Shown here: positions 52,815 through 61,484 of the stretch, piece by piece | Position numbering within the stretch: position 1 is the first letter of the stretch | Layout: every line of letters begins with the position of its first letter | Sequence record: MW812343.1 | Reading direction: 5' to 3' (one strand) | Length of the DNA: 64,000 bases | The notes under the pieces: model-generated | Databases searched by the model: none | Seen by the model: only the letters and a program-made list of their open reading frames with translations | Told to the model about the DNA's origin: nothing | Program-made: the position numbers and the translations under genes

Positions 52815-53282
52815 ATGAGGGTCATGCTAATTTGCTTAACGCTGTTGCTCGCAGCGTGTAGCAGCTGGGCACCCGTCAATAAACCGGCCCCTGTGAACAC
52901 AGAGTGGTCGGTGCGTGAGCTTGGACCTCCCCCAACTTACCCACAGGGAGTGGTGAGTATGGATGACCCACGATATCGTTCGTGGGTAGCAGATGTTAAT
53001 GCGTATGCTTACTACGTATTTGTGTATGCTCGTAATCTTAATGATTACGCCAAGGTTCACGGTTGGCGGCCACCGCAAGTTGCGCCTATCTGTGAGAAGT
53101 TTGACCTGTGGGTGGTTCATCCCATCCCACAACGGATTACTTTGGACGAGCGTTCGCGTCGTCCTGAGGATATCTCACGCGATTTGGCAACGCAACTCAA
53201 GCGAATCCTATTGAACTACCGTGAAGATCGTAAGTCTTTCCAGAAAGCGTACGAAGCCCACCTTAGCACATGCCTTAACTAA
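52815..53282 (+). CDS. Lipoprotein, candidate outer-membrane spanin (o-spanin)
   Basis: Lipobox LAAC-S; Pro-rich mature N-terminus. ATG at 52815 (alternative GTG at 52809). Confidence 0.55.
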   Translation: MRVMLICLTLLLAACSSWAPVNKPAPVNTEWSVRELGPPPTYPQGVVSMDDPRYRSWVADVNAYAYYVFVYARNLNDYAKVHGWRPPQVAPICEKFDLWVVHPIPQRITLDERSRRPEDISRDLATQLKRILLNYREDRKSFQKAYEAHLSTCLN

Positions 53283-53285
53283 ACA

Positions 53286-53325
53286 CGACACCTATTCCTT
53301 CGGGGGTAGGTGTCGCTTTATTTTT
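53286..53325 (+). terminator. Intrinsic terminator
   Basis: CGACACCTATTCC-TTCG-GGGGTAGGTGTCG followed by CTTTATTTTT. Confidence 0.85.
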
Positions 53326-53369
53326 ACACGACCAACCCATCTAATGTATACCCACAGGAGAGTTTAACC

Positions 53370-54125
53370 ATGACCGAAGTCACCCCAACCAAACGCACAC
53401 CGAACATCTTCGATGCGCCTGATATCCGTCTTCCTAACATCATCATTGGTGTGGATGCTGAAACCAAATCAACCCGTGCAGACGCCTATGTCGTGGCCGT
53501 GGGTGCCGCCGCTTACGACGTAGCAACCATGCGCATGATTGCCTGCCATTATCAGACCATCGATCCGAATGATGAGAAGGCGAAGGCCCTCTTCCATGAA
53601 GACCCTTACACGATGGCGTGGTGGCGTGGCGAAGGGGACAACCCAGACTATGCCCCATCGCGTGAAGCGTTTACTGAGGCGTTCTCAGGCACGATGAAAA
53701 TGCCCGAAGCGCTCTGGGGTCTGCATAACTTCCTTGAGAAGTTCAAAACGCACAAGGTCGCCCTGTCTATGCGCGGGCCAGAGTTTGACCAGCCGATTCT
53801 GATGAACGCTTATGCGCAGTGTGATGTTCCGCAGGGCTTATTGAAGCGCTTCTCCATGCTGGACTCTGACCGAACTGCCGAGCGTATTATGCACGCCTTT
53901 AACCTGACGCCAGATTACCGTGCGGAATCGCACAACTGGACACGCGGCAAAGATGCGTTCTTACACCACGCAGGTTTTGACTCGGCGCGGGAAGGTTACA
54001 TTACTGCCCGTATTTACCACTTAGCAATGATTGCTCGTCTGCATGGTTTTGACCGTATGCTGGAAGCGCACAATCAGATGATGACCGGTGAGTACACGGC
54101 TGTGGATTATTTGAGAGAGGAATAA
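53370..54125 (+). CDS. DEDD 3'-5' exonuclease (DnaQ/RNase T-like)
   Basis: GVDAET (ExoI), GPEFD (ExoII) and HHAGFDS (ExoIII); ATG at 53370 after AGGAG. Confidence 0.85.
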   Translation: MTEVTPTKRTPNIFDAPDIRLPNIIIGVDAETKSTRADAYVVAVGAAAYDVATMRMIACHYQTIDPNDEKAKALFHEDPYTMAWWRGEGDNPDYAPSREAFTEAFSGTMKMPEALWGLHNFLEKFKTHKVALSMRGPEFDQPILMNAYAQCDVPQGLLKRFSMLDSDRTAERIMHAFNLTPDYRAESHNWTRGKDAFLHHAGFDSAREGYITARIYHLAMIARLHGFDRMLEAHNQMMTGEYTAVDYLREE

Positions 54126-55645
54126 TGGACGTTAAAGAGTATGATCATGTCGTCGTCTATACGGACGGTAGTCGTGTCGGCCCCCCGGTAGGTACGGGGG
54201 GTGGTATTCACGGATACGCTTTCAACACCGGGGTGTTAAATGAGAACACACCTTACAGCTTACCGGACGTAGAGGAGTCTGTCACGACCAACGGGTACAA
54301 AAAGTTCCCGAAGGACATTAAGAAACCCACCGTACCCGAGACTGTCGATTTCTTCGACTGTGTAATTCCTGTTCAGGCGGAATATTGGTCGGATGTGGCG
54401 GAATTGATGGCATTCATCAGTCTCTTTGAAAACTCCCCCATTCTCGCCAAGAACTATACCGTTTACATCGATGCGTCTTACGTGGTTAATGCGTGGAACG
54501 AATGGATGGACGGTTGGCGTAAGCGTGGCTGGACGAAAGCAGACGGGACACCGATTGCTAACGTCAATCTTATCAAGAAGATGGATGAGATTAAAGCCCG
54601 CCTGCGTCAGGAAGGTCGTTCTATCCGTGTGATTAAAATCAAAGGTCACGCTGGGTTCTACGGCAACGAGCGTGCAGACACCATGGCGCGTAAAGCATCT
54701 GCGATGGTGGCGGCATCTCAAGGGGTGGAGTACCGTCCGTATTGGAGCGTCTCCGGTGAGTTACCGTCCGAACCCGAATCGGAAGTCTTGGGTGGTGACG
54801 GGGGCTTACTGAATATGCCGAAGGTAACTAACACGAAGTTCTGTTATCCGTTGGTGAACGAAGAACACCCGACCATGACCATTAACGGCGAAAGCTGGAA
54901 ATATATGTTCGGTGGCAACCACGCAAAGAACAAGGAAGATATTGTGTTTATCGGGAAGATGATTCCTGATGCACAATTCGCCGTGTTCCTCAGCAAAGAG
55001 GGTTGGGACAACGTTTATCAGTTGATCAACAAACACAATGAGTTGGCATGGGACAGCGTACCGTTGATGAAACGGTACGATCCGATAGCGATTGTGTATA
55101 ACGCCATGATTAAGCGTAAGAAGTTCCAAGATGCGGCGAAAGAAGGGTTGCCGGTCAATCTCATGAAGTTCAGTGAGGATGGCAACCTGTGGATGTACGA
55201 AGACCTCGCGATTACGCGTGTCGTGCGTCCTGCACTGCTTTCTTACCGCGCGTTAGAAATCCGTGATGAGTTAGCGGCCTTCTTGCGTGACGGCGTTGAA
55301 GGTCGTGCCAGTGTGGTGTTGAACGACATCACCGATTTGCTGTTCGATGAGAAAGGGAAGCCGGTTAAGACGTTCTACCGTAACGTTGACGTCAGCTTTA
55401 ACGTGAAAGTTAATTACCCTGAATCCGACAAGCAGATTCCTATCATCCTGACCCGTAATATCGACATGCCGGATCGTACCGACATGAACCGTATCATGGA
55501 ACCGGGGGGTAAGTGGTACGTGGCCTGTCGTCGTCCTCAGAAGCGTTGTGTGGAGTTTGCGGTGGTTTACGTGGGCAAAGAGTACCATGGTCTTTGGTGC
55601 GGCTACTACGCGAACAAACGCATCCTGAGAGAAGAGGAGTTGTAA
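54125..55645 (+). CDS. rnhA: Ribonuclease HI with long C-terminal extension
   Basis: YTDGS, AELMA, IDASYV, IKGHAG and GNERAD..A give a complete RNase HI catalytic set. Confidence 0.92.
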   Translation: MDVKEYDHVVVYTDGSRVGPPVGTGGGIHGYAFNTGVLNENTPYSLPDVEESVTTNGYKKFPKDIKKPTVPETVDFFDCVIPVQAEYWSDVAELMAFISLFENSPILAKNYTVYIDASYVVNAWNEWMDGWRKRGWTKADGTPIANVNLIKKMDEIKARLRQEGRSIRVIKIKGHAGFYGNERADTMARKASAMVAASQGVEYRPYWSVSGELPSEPESEVLGGDGGLLNMPKVTNTKFCYPLVNEEHPTMTINGESWKYMFGGNHAKNKEDIVFIGKMIPDAQFAVFLSKEGWDNVYQLINKHNELAWDSVPLMKRYDPIAIVYNAMIKRKKFQDAAKEGLPVNLMKFSEDGNLWMYEDLAITRVVRPALLSYRALEIRDELAAFLRDGVEGRASVVLNDITDLLFDEKGKPVKTFYRNVDVSFNVKVNYPESDKQIPIILTRNIDMPDRTDMNRIMEPGGKWYVACRRPQKRCVEFAVVYVGKEYHGLWCGYYANKRILREEEL

Positions 55646-56400
55646 TGCGCAAGGTATTCAGTGAAATCTTAACGATGCACACGGATAGCCTGATGCGGGG
55701 GTTGTGTGATTACGCATACATGACCTACATCAAAGGGCGTGCCGAGGTGGGGATTGGTGACGCAGTACCGAATTTCGATTGCGCGACAATCAGTCGTAAA
55801 GCGATGGCGGAGGTGGTAGCCCAGTTATTGATAGATGCAATTGCTTCCATCAACGGTAACGCTGGATACGATTTCCATCAACGTTTGATGATTCCTCGTG
55901 TTCCAACTGCCAAATACAAAGCGTGGCGGGAATCAGGGAACTGCGGGATGTTCACCATCGAAGAGATGTTTGACGCCCACTGCCGTGAACTCCCTGCATC
56001 TGAGTTAGTTATCGGCGCAATGAAATGGTACACCACCCGCTTCGTGAATGAGATTTACAACCTCTTCGGTGGGGATGACCAAATCGGTTGGGAAGGCACG
56101 GCAGTTATCTTTACGCAACGCGATATGTTGGTGCAGCAGATACTGGATGACCGCGTTTGTCTGGCATTGTTGGAGCAAGGCGATTACGAGTTTGCTGCCG
56201 AGGTGGAGGACATTACAGACCTGCGTGATGAACTGTTCCAGTGGCCGTTCTCTTTTGTGATGCAGGACGACATTCGGGCGCTGCAAGAAAGTATCCCGAC
56301 GTATATCCTGCCCGCAGAAGACCAAGACTCTGAGGAGAAACTGGGGGTCGAACTCTACGTCTTAAAACCGGGGGTTATTGATAAAATCAAAAAACTCTGA
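55645..56400 (+). CDS. Hypothetical protein
   Basis: TAATG coupling to the RNase H stop; GAGGAG RBS. Confidence 0.75.
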   Translation: MRKVFSEILTMHTDSLMRGLCDYAYMTYIKGRAEVGIGDAVPNFDCATISRKAMAEVVAQLLIDAIASINGNAGYDFHQRLMIPRVPTAKYKAWRESGNCGMFTIEEMFDAHCRELPASELVIGAMKWYTTRFVNEIYNLFGGDDQIGWEGTAVIFTQRDMLVQQILDDRVCLALLEQGDYEFAAEVEDITDLRDELFQWPFSFVMQDDIRALQESIPTYILPAEDQDSEEKLGVELYVLKPGVIDKIKKL

Positions 56401-56413
56401 GATAGATATTATC
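56396..56413 (+). promoter_or_regulatory. Early-promoter-like motif, variant copy
   Basis: TCTGAGATAGATATTATC followed by TTGGTGAG, in the same register as copies 1 and 2. Confidence 0.55.
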
Positions 56414-56442
56414 TTGGTGAGTAGTCTATAAGGAGTATCAAA

Positions 56443-57177
56443 ATGCTTCGTGTCAATACCCCCGAACTCCTGCTCTTTAACCCCTCGCTCGTCGAGGGGT
56501 TATTCGACAAGATGTGGGATAGGTACTTTCGTGAGGAGCTGCAATCCAATCCGTGGTGGGATAAATACCGCGGTGATTTCTTTCTTGACTCGTCGCAAAT
56601 CACGCTTGACGTATTCAGCCGCTGTGTTGAAGAAGTGGTGCAGGCTGCGAATCTGCGCAGACCAATGGACTTTAGTTACATCACGTTTGATTTTTCATGG
56701 TACATGGACAATTACAATTACGAATGTGACTTAGGGATTGATGACCAAGAAAAGATTGAGAACAAAATGTTCGACTTCTTTCACTTCGCCATCAATCAAC
56801 TGGTCTCCACTGAGTTCCTCGAAGCGGCACAAAAACGCTTGGAACCCACATGGGAAGCGTTGACCGAACTTGTCGGTCAACGAAGCATTGTGGGATTCTG
56901 GTACGAGCCGGTGGAAGGGCAGATGAAAATGGACAGCGGACGCGACCACGTCTGGGCTGTGCAGGAAGGGGATTACGACTGCGAGCTGTATGCAGAATGG
57001 CAAGGTGCCCGCGCTGGCACACTCTTTTACCACGCCACTGTTGGCGATGGTAATGAATTTTATTTATTTAATGGATCGCTTATCCAAGACGGGCAATCAC
57101 TTGACCATATCCCATACGGGGAGATGGTGACGTTGTGTCGCCTGACTGAACAAGCACAAACTATCATTGACCTTTAA
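56443..57177 (+). CDS. Hypothetical protein (acidic)
   Basis: 244 aa; AAGGAG RBS. Confidence 0.78.
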   Translation: MLRVNTPELLLFNPSLVEGLFDKMWDRYFREELQSNPWWDKYRGDFFLDSSQITLDVFSRCVEEVVQAANLRRPMDFSYITFDFSWYMDNYNYECDLGIDDQEKIENKMFDFFHFAINQLVSTEFLEAAQKRLEPTWEALTELVGQRSIVGFWYEPVEGQMKMDSGRDHVWAVQEGDYDCELYAEWQGARAGTLFYHATVGDGNEFYLFNGSLIQDGQSLDHIPYGEMVTLCRLTEQAQTIIDL

Positions 57178-57188
57178 GGAGAATCTAC

Positions 57189-57557
57189 ATGAAACTTGAA
57201 CAAGCTATCCAGAATTATGTTACCCAGTTTGACCGTCACGGTCTGTTCCTGCTGCGTTTTACTAACGAAGCACAACTGCTCGAGCATAACCCAAAAACCT
57301 TTGCGGTCGTGTACGAAAACGACGGCATCGGTGAAGCTGAGCGTAAGACCCTGCGTGAGCTGCGTCAGAACGCTATTGAAGCCAGCGTTGTGCACGTTCA
57401 ACCGGTGGTTTGTGCCGAAGGTTGGCCGGGTAAGCTGGATACCGAAGCGGATGTGGTGTTAGAAGTCGTTCACACTGACGACACCCACCAACTGGTGCCA
57501 GTTAAATGGCGTGCACTCGACACCCTGCCAGCGCCGGTGGACTTTACGGAGCTGTAA
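57189..57557 (+). CDS. Hypothetical protein
   Basis: 122 aa; AAGGAG RBS. Confidence 0.78.
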   Translation: MKLEQAIQNYVTQFDRHGLFLLRFTNEAQLLEHNPKTFAVVYENDGIGEAERKTLRELRQNAIEASVVHVQPVVCAEGWPGKLDTEADVVLEVVHTDDTHQLVPVKWRALDTLPAPVDFTEL

Positions 57558-57559
57558 GT

Positions 57560-58300
57560 ATGGATATGCGTCCAGTAAGGTTATACCTGCTGACGGCGCT
57601 TCACGATCATTTGATGCGTCTCGGTGAGGCGCGTCATATCGCGAAGACAGCGTATCTGATGATTGCGCGAGAAATCGCGCGGTCAGACTTACGTAGCCGC
57701 CACACTTGGCTACTAAAGGACATTTGTGAACGTTTAAAGTTCCAAGTGTACGAAGGTGGCTCACTTAACCACGCTCTGTCTTACGTCTGGGTATACGACG
57801 ACGTTCGTGGGGAGATGTACAAGGATAACGCGGAACGTGTTGTGAAGCTAATCGAGCGGGTGACTAACGATTACTACTCGACTATGGGTGGGTTGACAAC
57901 TGAGATGAATATCCAAAGCACCATCTTGGATTCGCTTCATGAGACAGCCAGTCATATCGACGCCCCCATTCTTTTTTCTACCGACTACGACCTATTGCGT
58001 TTTCGCATCTGGTTCACCGGGGAAATGGATGATGTCGATATGCACGAATTGTGGTGTCACAACGTGCACAGCATGGATGAATGGGAGACGTTGCTTACCA
58101 CCTATCCATCCGACAAGTATCTATGGCGACAGGATCATGAACCGATTATCCCAGAACGTTTGTTCGATGAAGGCTATGACATCGAAGCTTTCTGGAAAAA
58201 CATCTCGATACTCAGTTTAGACAAACTCTACGTCATGGCGAGGGAGCGTCTTTGTTCCGAGGATGATGACCGATGCGAACTGTACACAGCTACGCACTGA
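57560..58300 (+). CDS. Hypothetical protein
   Basis: ATG at 57560 is preferred to the 57506 start in the ORF track. Confidence 0.72.
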   Translation: MDMRPVRLYLLTALHDHLMRLGEARHIAKTAYLMIAREIARSDLRSRHTWLLKDICERLKFQVYEGGSLNHALSYVWVYDDVRGEMYKDNAERVVKLIERVTNDYYSTMGGLTTEMNIQSTILDSLHETASHIDAPILFSTDYDLLRFRIWFTGEMDDVDMHELWCHNVHSMDEWETLLTTYPSDKYLWRQDHEPIIPERLFDEGYDIEAFWKNISILSLDKLYVMARERLCSEDDDRCELYTATH

Positions 58301-58689
58301 TGATGTTCCAATCATGGTGGCCAAAGCTCACTGTGGGGGTGAACGGTATCTCCGGCTGGGAATATGTGCTCGTGACCTCGTACTTGATTGAGTGTGCGAA
58401 GAACGGCCTTATTCTCCCCAGTGAACGACGGCAGATGATGCTTATGGAGAAACTTGATGCGATGTATCCCGCGGCGATGTACCATCACCGTAAGCATTTG
58501 TTTCATGCCGCATTAGCGGAGCTGGGTGAAGAACGTACCGCTATCATCGTAAAGAAAATACGCGATGAGATGGTTAATGTGTCACGCGAACTTAATCTGG
58601 TTTGGGCGGGAGTGTCTTATACCCCGCTCGATGTGGTTCGTTGTCGTTACCAAGTTAATTTCGCAGCTACTACCCGAGGTGTTGCATGA
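58273..58689 (+). CDS. Hypothetical protein
   Basis: 138 aa; start uncertain (58273 or 58300). Confidence 0.68.
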   Translation: MRTVHSYALMMFQSWWPKLTVGVNGISGWEYVLVTSYLIECAKNGLILPSERRQMMLMEKLDAMYPAAMYHHRKHLFHAALAELGEERTAIIVKKIRDEMVNVSRELNLVWAGVSYTPLDVVRCRYQVNFAATTRGVA

Positions 58690-59225
58690 AAGTATTAATG
58701 GACTTCTCGTTGTCGGAATCGCGGGCAAAGCTCGACGCGATACTGTTAGCGATGAAGAAATCGTTGGAGTTTGAAGTCCACAACGCGCTTGCCGAATATG
58801 AGCGAACGTTAAAGGTGGAAACGGGCGATACCTATTGTCTGGTTGATGCGGAGGGGATTGTAAAAACCACCGTGGATGCGATGATTGATAAAGTCCGTGT
58901 TGTGCTCAGCACCCCGATACCTGTGATGGTCGCGCACTGGGACGATGGGGCGGATGTACTCGACCTGATTCGTGACGCCTTTGAGAAAGGGTCAGCGAAC
59001 ATGGAAAATATGGCGCTGGGTGATGCCACCGAAGTGTACGTAACCGTCCCCATGAGGGAAGGCGGTAACAACTTTGAGATGGTGTCACTACATGAGGTAC
59101 TGAACACCGCCAACGCACAAGCAATTGATAAGATACTGGATGATGCGTGCATGAAAGTGCGTGACATCTGTATCAAAGAGATTGTTTACATCCAAGAAAA
59201 ACTCTTGAAGGGAGCCGCCTGGTGA
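58686..59225 (+). CDS. Hypothetical helical protein
   Basis: ATGA overlap; GAGGT RBS. Confidence 0.75.
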   Translation: MKVLMDFSLSESRAKLDAILLAMKKSLEFEVHNALAEYERTLKVETGDTYCLVDAEGIVKTTVDAMIDKVRVVLSTPIPVMVAHWDDGADVLDLIRDAFEKGSANMENMALGDATEVYVTVPMREGGNNFEMVSLHEVLNTANAQAIDKILDDACMKVRDICIKEIVYIQEKLLKGAAW

Positions 59226-59824
59226 AACTCCACATTAACCTGACCCCCAGTAACTTCGAAAAGCACTGGCCTGAAATGATGATGCAAATCCGTGAATCCA
59301 TGGATGCGTTTATTCACGAGTTTACTGGCCTACCAGTGGAAGACAACAAGTTACTCACCCTACCGCTCTGGTCTGTCCTGTTTGATCCGATATCCCGGCT
59401 GTCTAACTCCATGCTGACGTTTGAATTCGACAAGACCGACGTTGAAGACAAACGCATCGAGAAGAACATCGAGATTATCACCCTCGATACCAAACTCGAC
59501 AGCGTGTTAGAAGACATTCGTGATGCGGTCAACTATGAGCTGAATGAGTTCAAGACCGCTAAGGTGGTGAATGAGGCACTCGACGCGTGGTTAAAAGGGA
59601 TGACTGACGAAACCCGTGGTAAGTTGCGGGATGAGTTGGTGGGGCTGGTACACCGCCACATCTCTACGCTGCTCGATGTGCTGTTTGCACAACTGACGGC
59701 CGAAATCATCGAAATCTCATTCCGTTTTCGTCCCCGTCCGGTAATGGTGGCAACGGACGGCGGTAAGCAGATGGTGGGGCGGATTTCGGATATGATTCAG
59801 GACGTACCTGACGAACCGGCCTAA
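59222..59824 (+). CDS. Hypothetical helical protein
   Basis: GTGA overlap; GGGAG RBS. Confidence 0.75.
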   Translation: MKLHINLTPSNFEKHWPEMMMQIRESMDAFIHEFTGLPVEDNKLLTLPLWSVLFDPISRLSNSMLTFEFDKTDVEDKRIEKNIEIITLDTKLDSVLEDIRDAVNYELNEFKTAKVVNEALDAWLKGMTDETRGKLRDELVGLVHRHISTLLDVLFAQLTAEIIEISFRFRPRPVMVATDGGKQMVGRISDMIQDVPDEPA

Positions 59825-59826
59825 GC

Positions 59827-60306
59827 ATGAACGTTTATTTCGATTACAACGACAGCCATATCCGGCAGATGTGGGTTGATGCTTTCGACAGTATTCGTAT
59901 CGACCTGCAAGAGTACCTGCGTGAACAAATGCGTAGTGACGACCACGTCCAGTCTGTCGTCCTTGCGCAAACGTTATTGCAGCCTACTTATCAGGTGTTC
60001 TACAAACAGCACGATACCGTGTTTCGTACAATCATCGAAAAGGATGATTTGGATGCGGCGGACTATACTTTCGAGATTGACGATGAGGCGTACCGTAAAC
60101 TTGTCAGCCAATCAATCGAAGAGTCAGTAGCAGAAACGAAAAAGGCATGGAACGTCAGGACGTTGCCGGTAGTTTTTGACCGTGATACAGTCTGTCAAAA
60201 AATCGAAGCCATCCTCTTTGAGCATTTGGATGAGTTTGTCATGGAGTTGATTGGGTACATGGAAGCCTTTGTCAACGAACAGATAGAACAGCGTCGAAAT
60301 AAATAA
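59827..60306 (+). CDS. Hypothetical helical protein
   Basis: 159 aa; starts 2 nt after the previous stop. Confidence 0.75.
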   Translation: MNVYFDYNDSHIRQMWVDAFDSIRIDLQEYLREQMRSDDHVQSVVLAQTLLQPTYQVFYKQHDTVFRTIIEKDDLDAADYTFEIDDEAYRKLVSQSIEESVAETKKAWNVRTLPVVFDRDTVCQKIEAILFEHLDEFVMELIGYMEAFVNEQIEQRRNK

Positions 60307-60350
60307 AAAGACTACCTACTCCCGAAGGAGTAGGTAGCTTTATTTTTTTT
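60301..60350. terminator. Bidirectional intrinsic terminator (CCTAC/GTAGG family)
   Basis: A-tract, CTACCTACTCC-CGAA-GGAGTAGGTAG, CTTTATTTTTTT. Confidence 0.88.
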
Positions 60351-61104
60351 ATTTTGAATTGGCCTTTAAGGCTTTCAAACGATCCCCGGTCTGGCTTAAT
60401 GCTTGAATCAGCTCGTTGTTCTGTTTCATGAACAGACCAAACAACTCAACCCAATCTGAGGCCATGTCCAGCATCTTGACAATCTCAGCGGCGCACTGCG
60501 GGTTAACCGGCGTTTCTGCTAAGTCATCGGTGCTGGCTGAAATACTGGCAATCAGTTTGTCGACGTTGCGCTTGAGCTTTTCAGTAATCTCTTTGCTCAG
60601 TGCTTTGCTGCGGTTAAACGCCACATCAATCTCACCGGCACTGTGGAAGACCTTCTCGATCGGGCGCTGGTCAACGGACGTCGTGGTGTAGGAAGCTGCT
60701 AACTTCTTCACGAGGTCTTTGGGGTCGACGTTCTTGAGCGGGTACTTCAAATCTTTGAAGCGGAACCCAACGGGTACAGTCAACATCCCTTTGTCGTGGG
60801 TAAACGCCGCCAGTTGACGGTTAACTGGTTCCAGCACACCATCAATCAGGTTATCCAGTACAGACCAGACCGATTCCAGACGCTGGATATGGTCAATCAT
60901 GTAGACGTTCAATCCCGGCGGTACGGTGACAAGCATTCCTGAGAAATGCAGGAACTTCTCTTGCTGCATCCATTTGGACATCGCAGACATGTCATCGTAG
61001 TTTGCCGGTTTAATTTCTTGTTCGCTTCCGTTGAACGATTTAGGAAGCACAGCCGTCACTTTCGAGGCAAAAGTAGAAAGCGCGGCAATCGGGTTCAGGT
61101 TCAT
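60349..61104 (-). CDS. Putative virion (head) protein
   Basis: ATG at 61104 after GAGGTG; position divergent from the uvsX region as in phiKZ-like phages (synteny inference). Confidence 0.5.
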   Translation of the reverse strand: MNLNPIAALSTFASKVTAVLPKSFNGSEQEIKPANYDDMSAMSKWMQQEKFLHFSGMLVTVPPGLNVYMIDHIQRLESVWSVLDNLIDGVLEPVNRQLAAFTHDKGMLTVPVGFRFKDLKYPLKNVDPKDLVKKLAASYTTTSVDQRPIEKVFHSAGEIDVAFNRSKALSKEITEKLKRNVDKLIASISASTDDLAETPVNPQCAAEIVKMLDMASDWVELFGLFMKQNNELIQALSQTGDRLKALKANSK

Positions 61105-61196
61105 TTTCACCTCGGTGGAAGGATAGGCTACATACTAAGTCTTTTTACGGTTAAGCCCTGTGTTATGTAGACGACTAACCCCCTGAGGAATTCAAG

Positions 61197-61472
61197 ATGC
61201 AAATCAAAATGTTTACGCGTGCCTTGTCCGCGAAATTCGAACCTGAGATCTATTTTACCCCGCTGCGTAAAGACAACGAGGGCAATCGTCTGGTGGTTGG
61301 CCGCGTGCTTAAATCTGAAACGTTGGCAGACGGTAAGCGTCAGTTGACGATTGAAATTGACGACCGTAACAAAAACCGTTTCAAGGACGTAGGCGAGGAA
61401 GCCTGGGTTGAACAACACTTCGAAATCAATAACAAGCGTCGTCTGATGCTGCCTACCAAAAAACGCAGCTAA
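61197..61472 (+). CDS. Hypothetical protein
   Basis: 91 aa; GAGGA RBS. Confidence 0.75.
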   Translation: MQIKMFTRALSAKFEPEIYFTPLRKDNEGNRLVVGRVLKSETLADGKRQLTIEIDDRNKNRFKDVGEEAWVEQHFEINNKRRLMLPTKKRS

Positions 61473-61484
61473 CGGAGCATCGAC

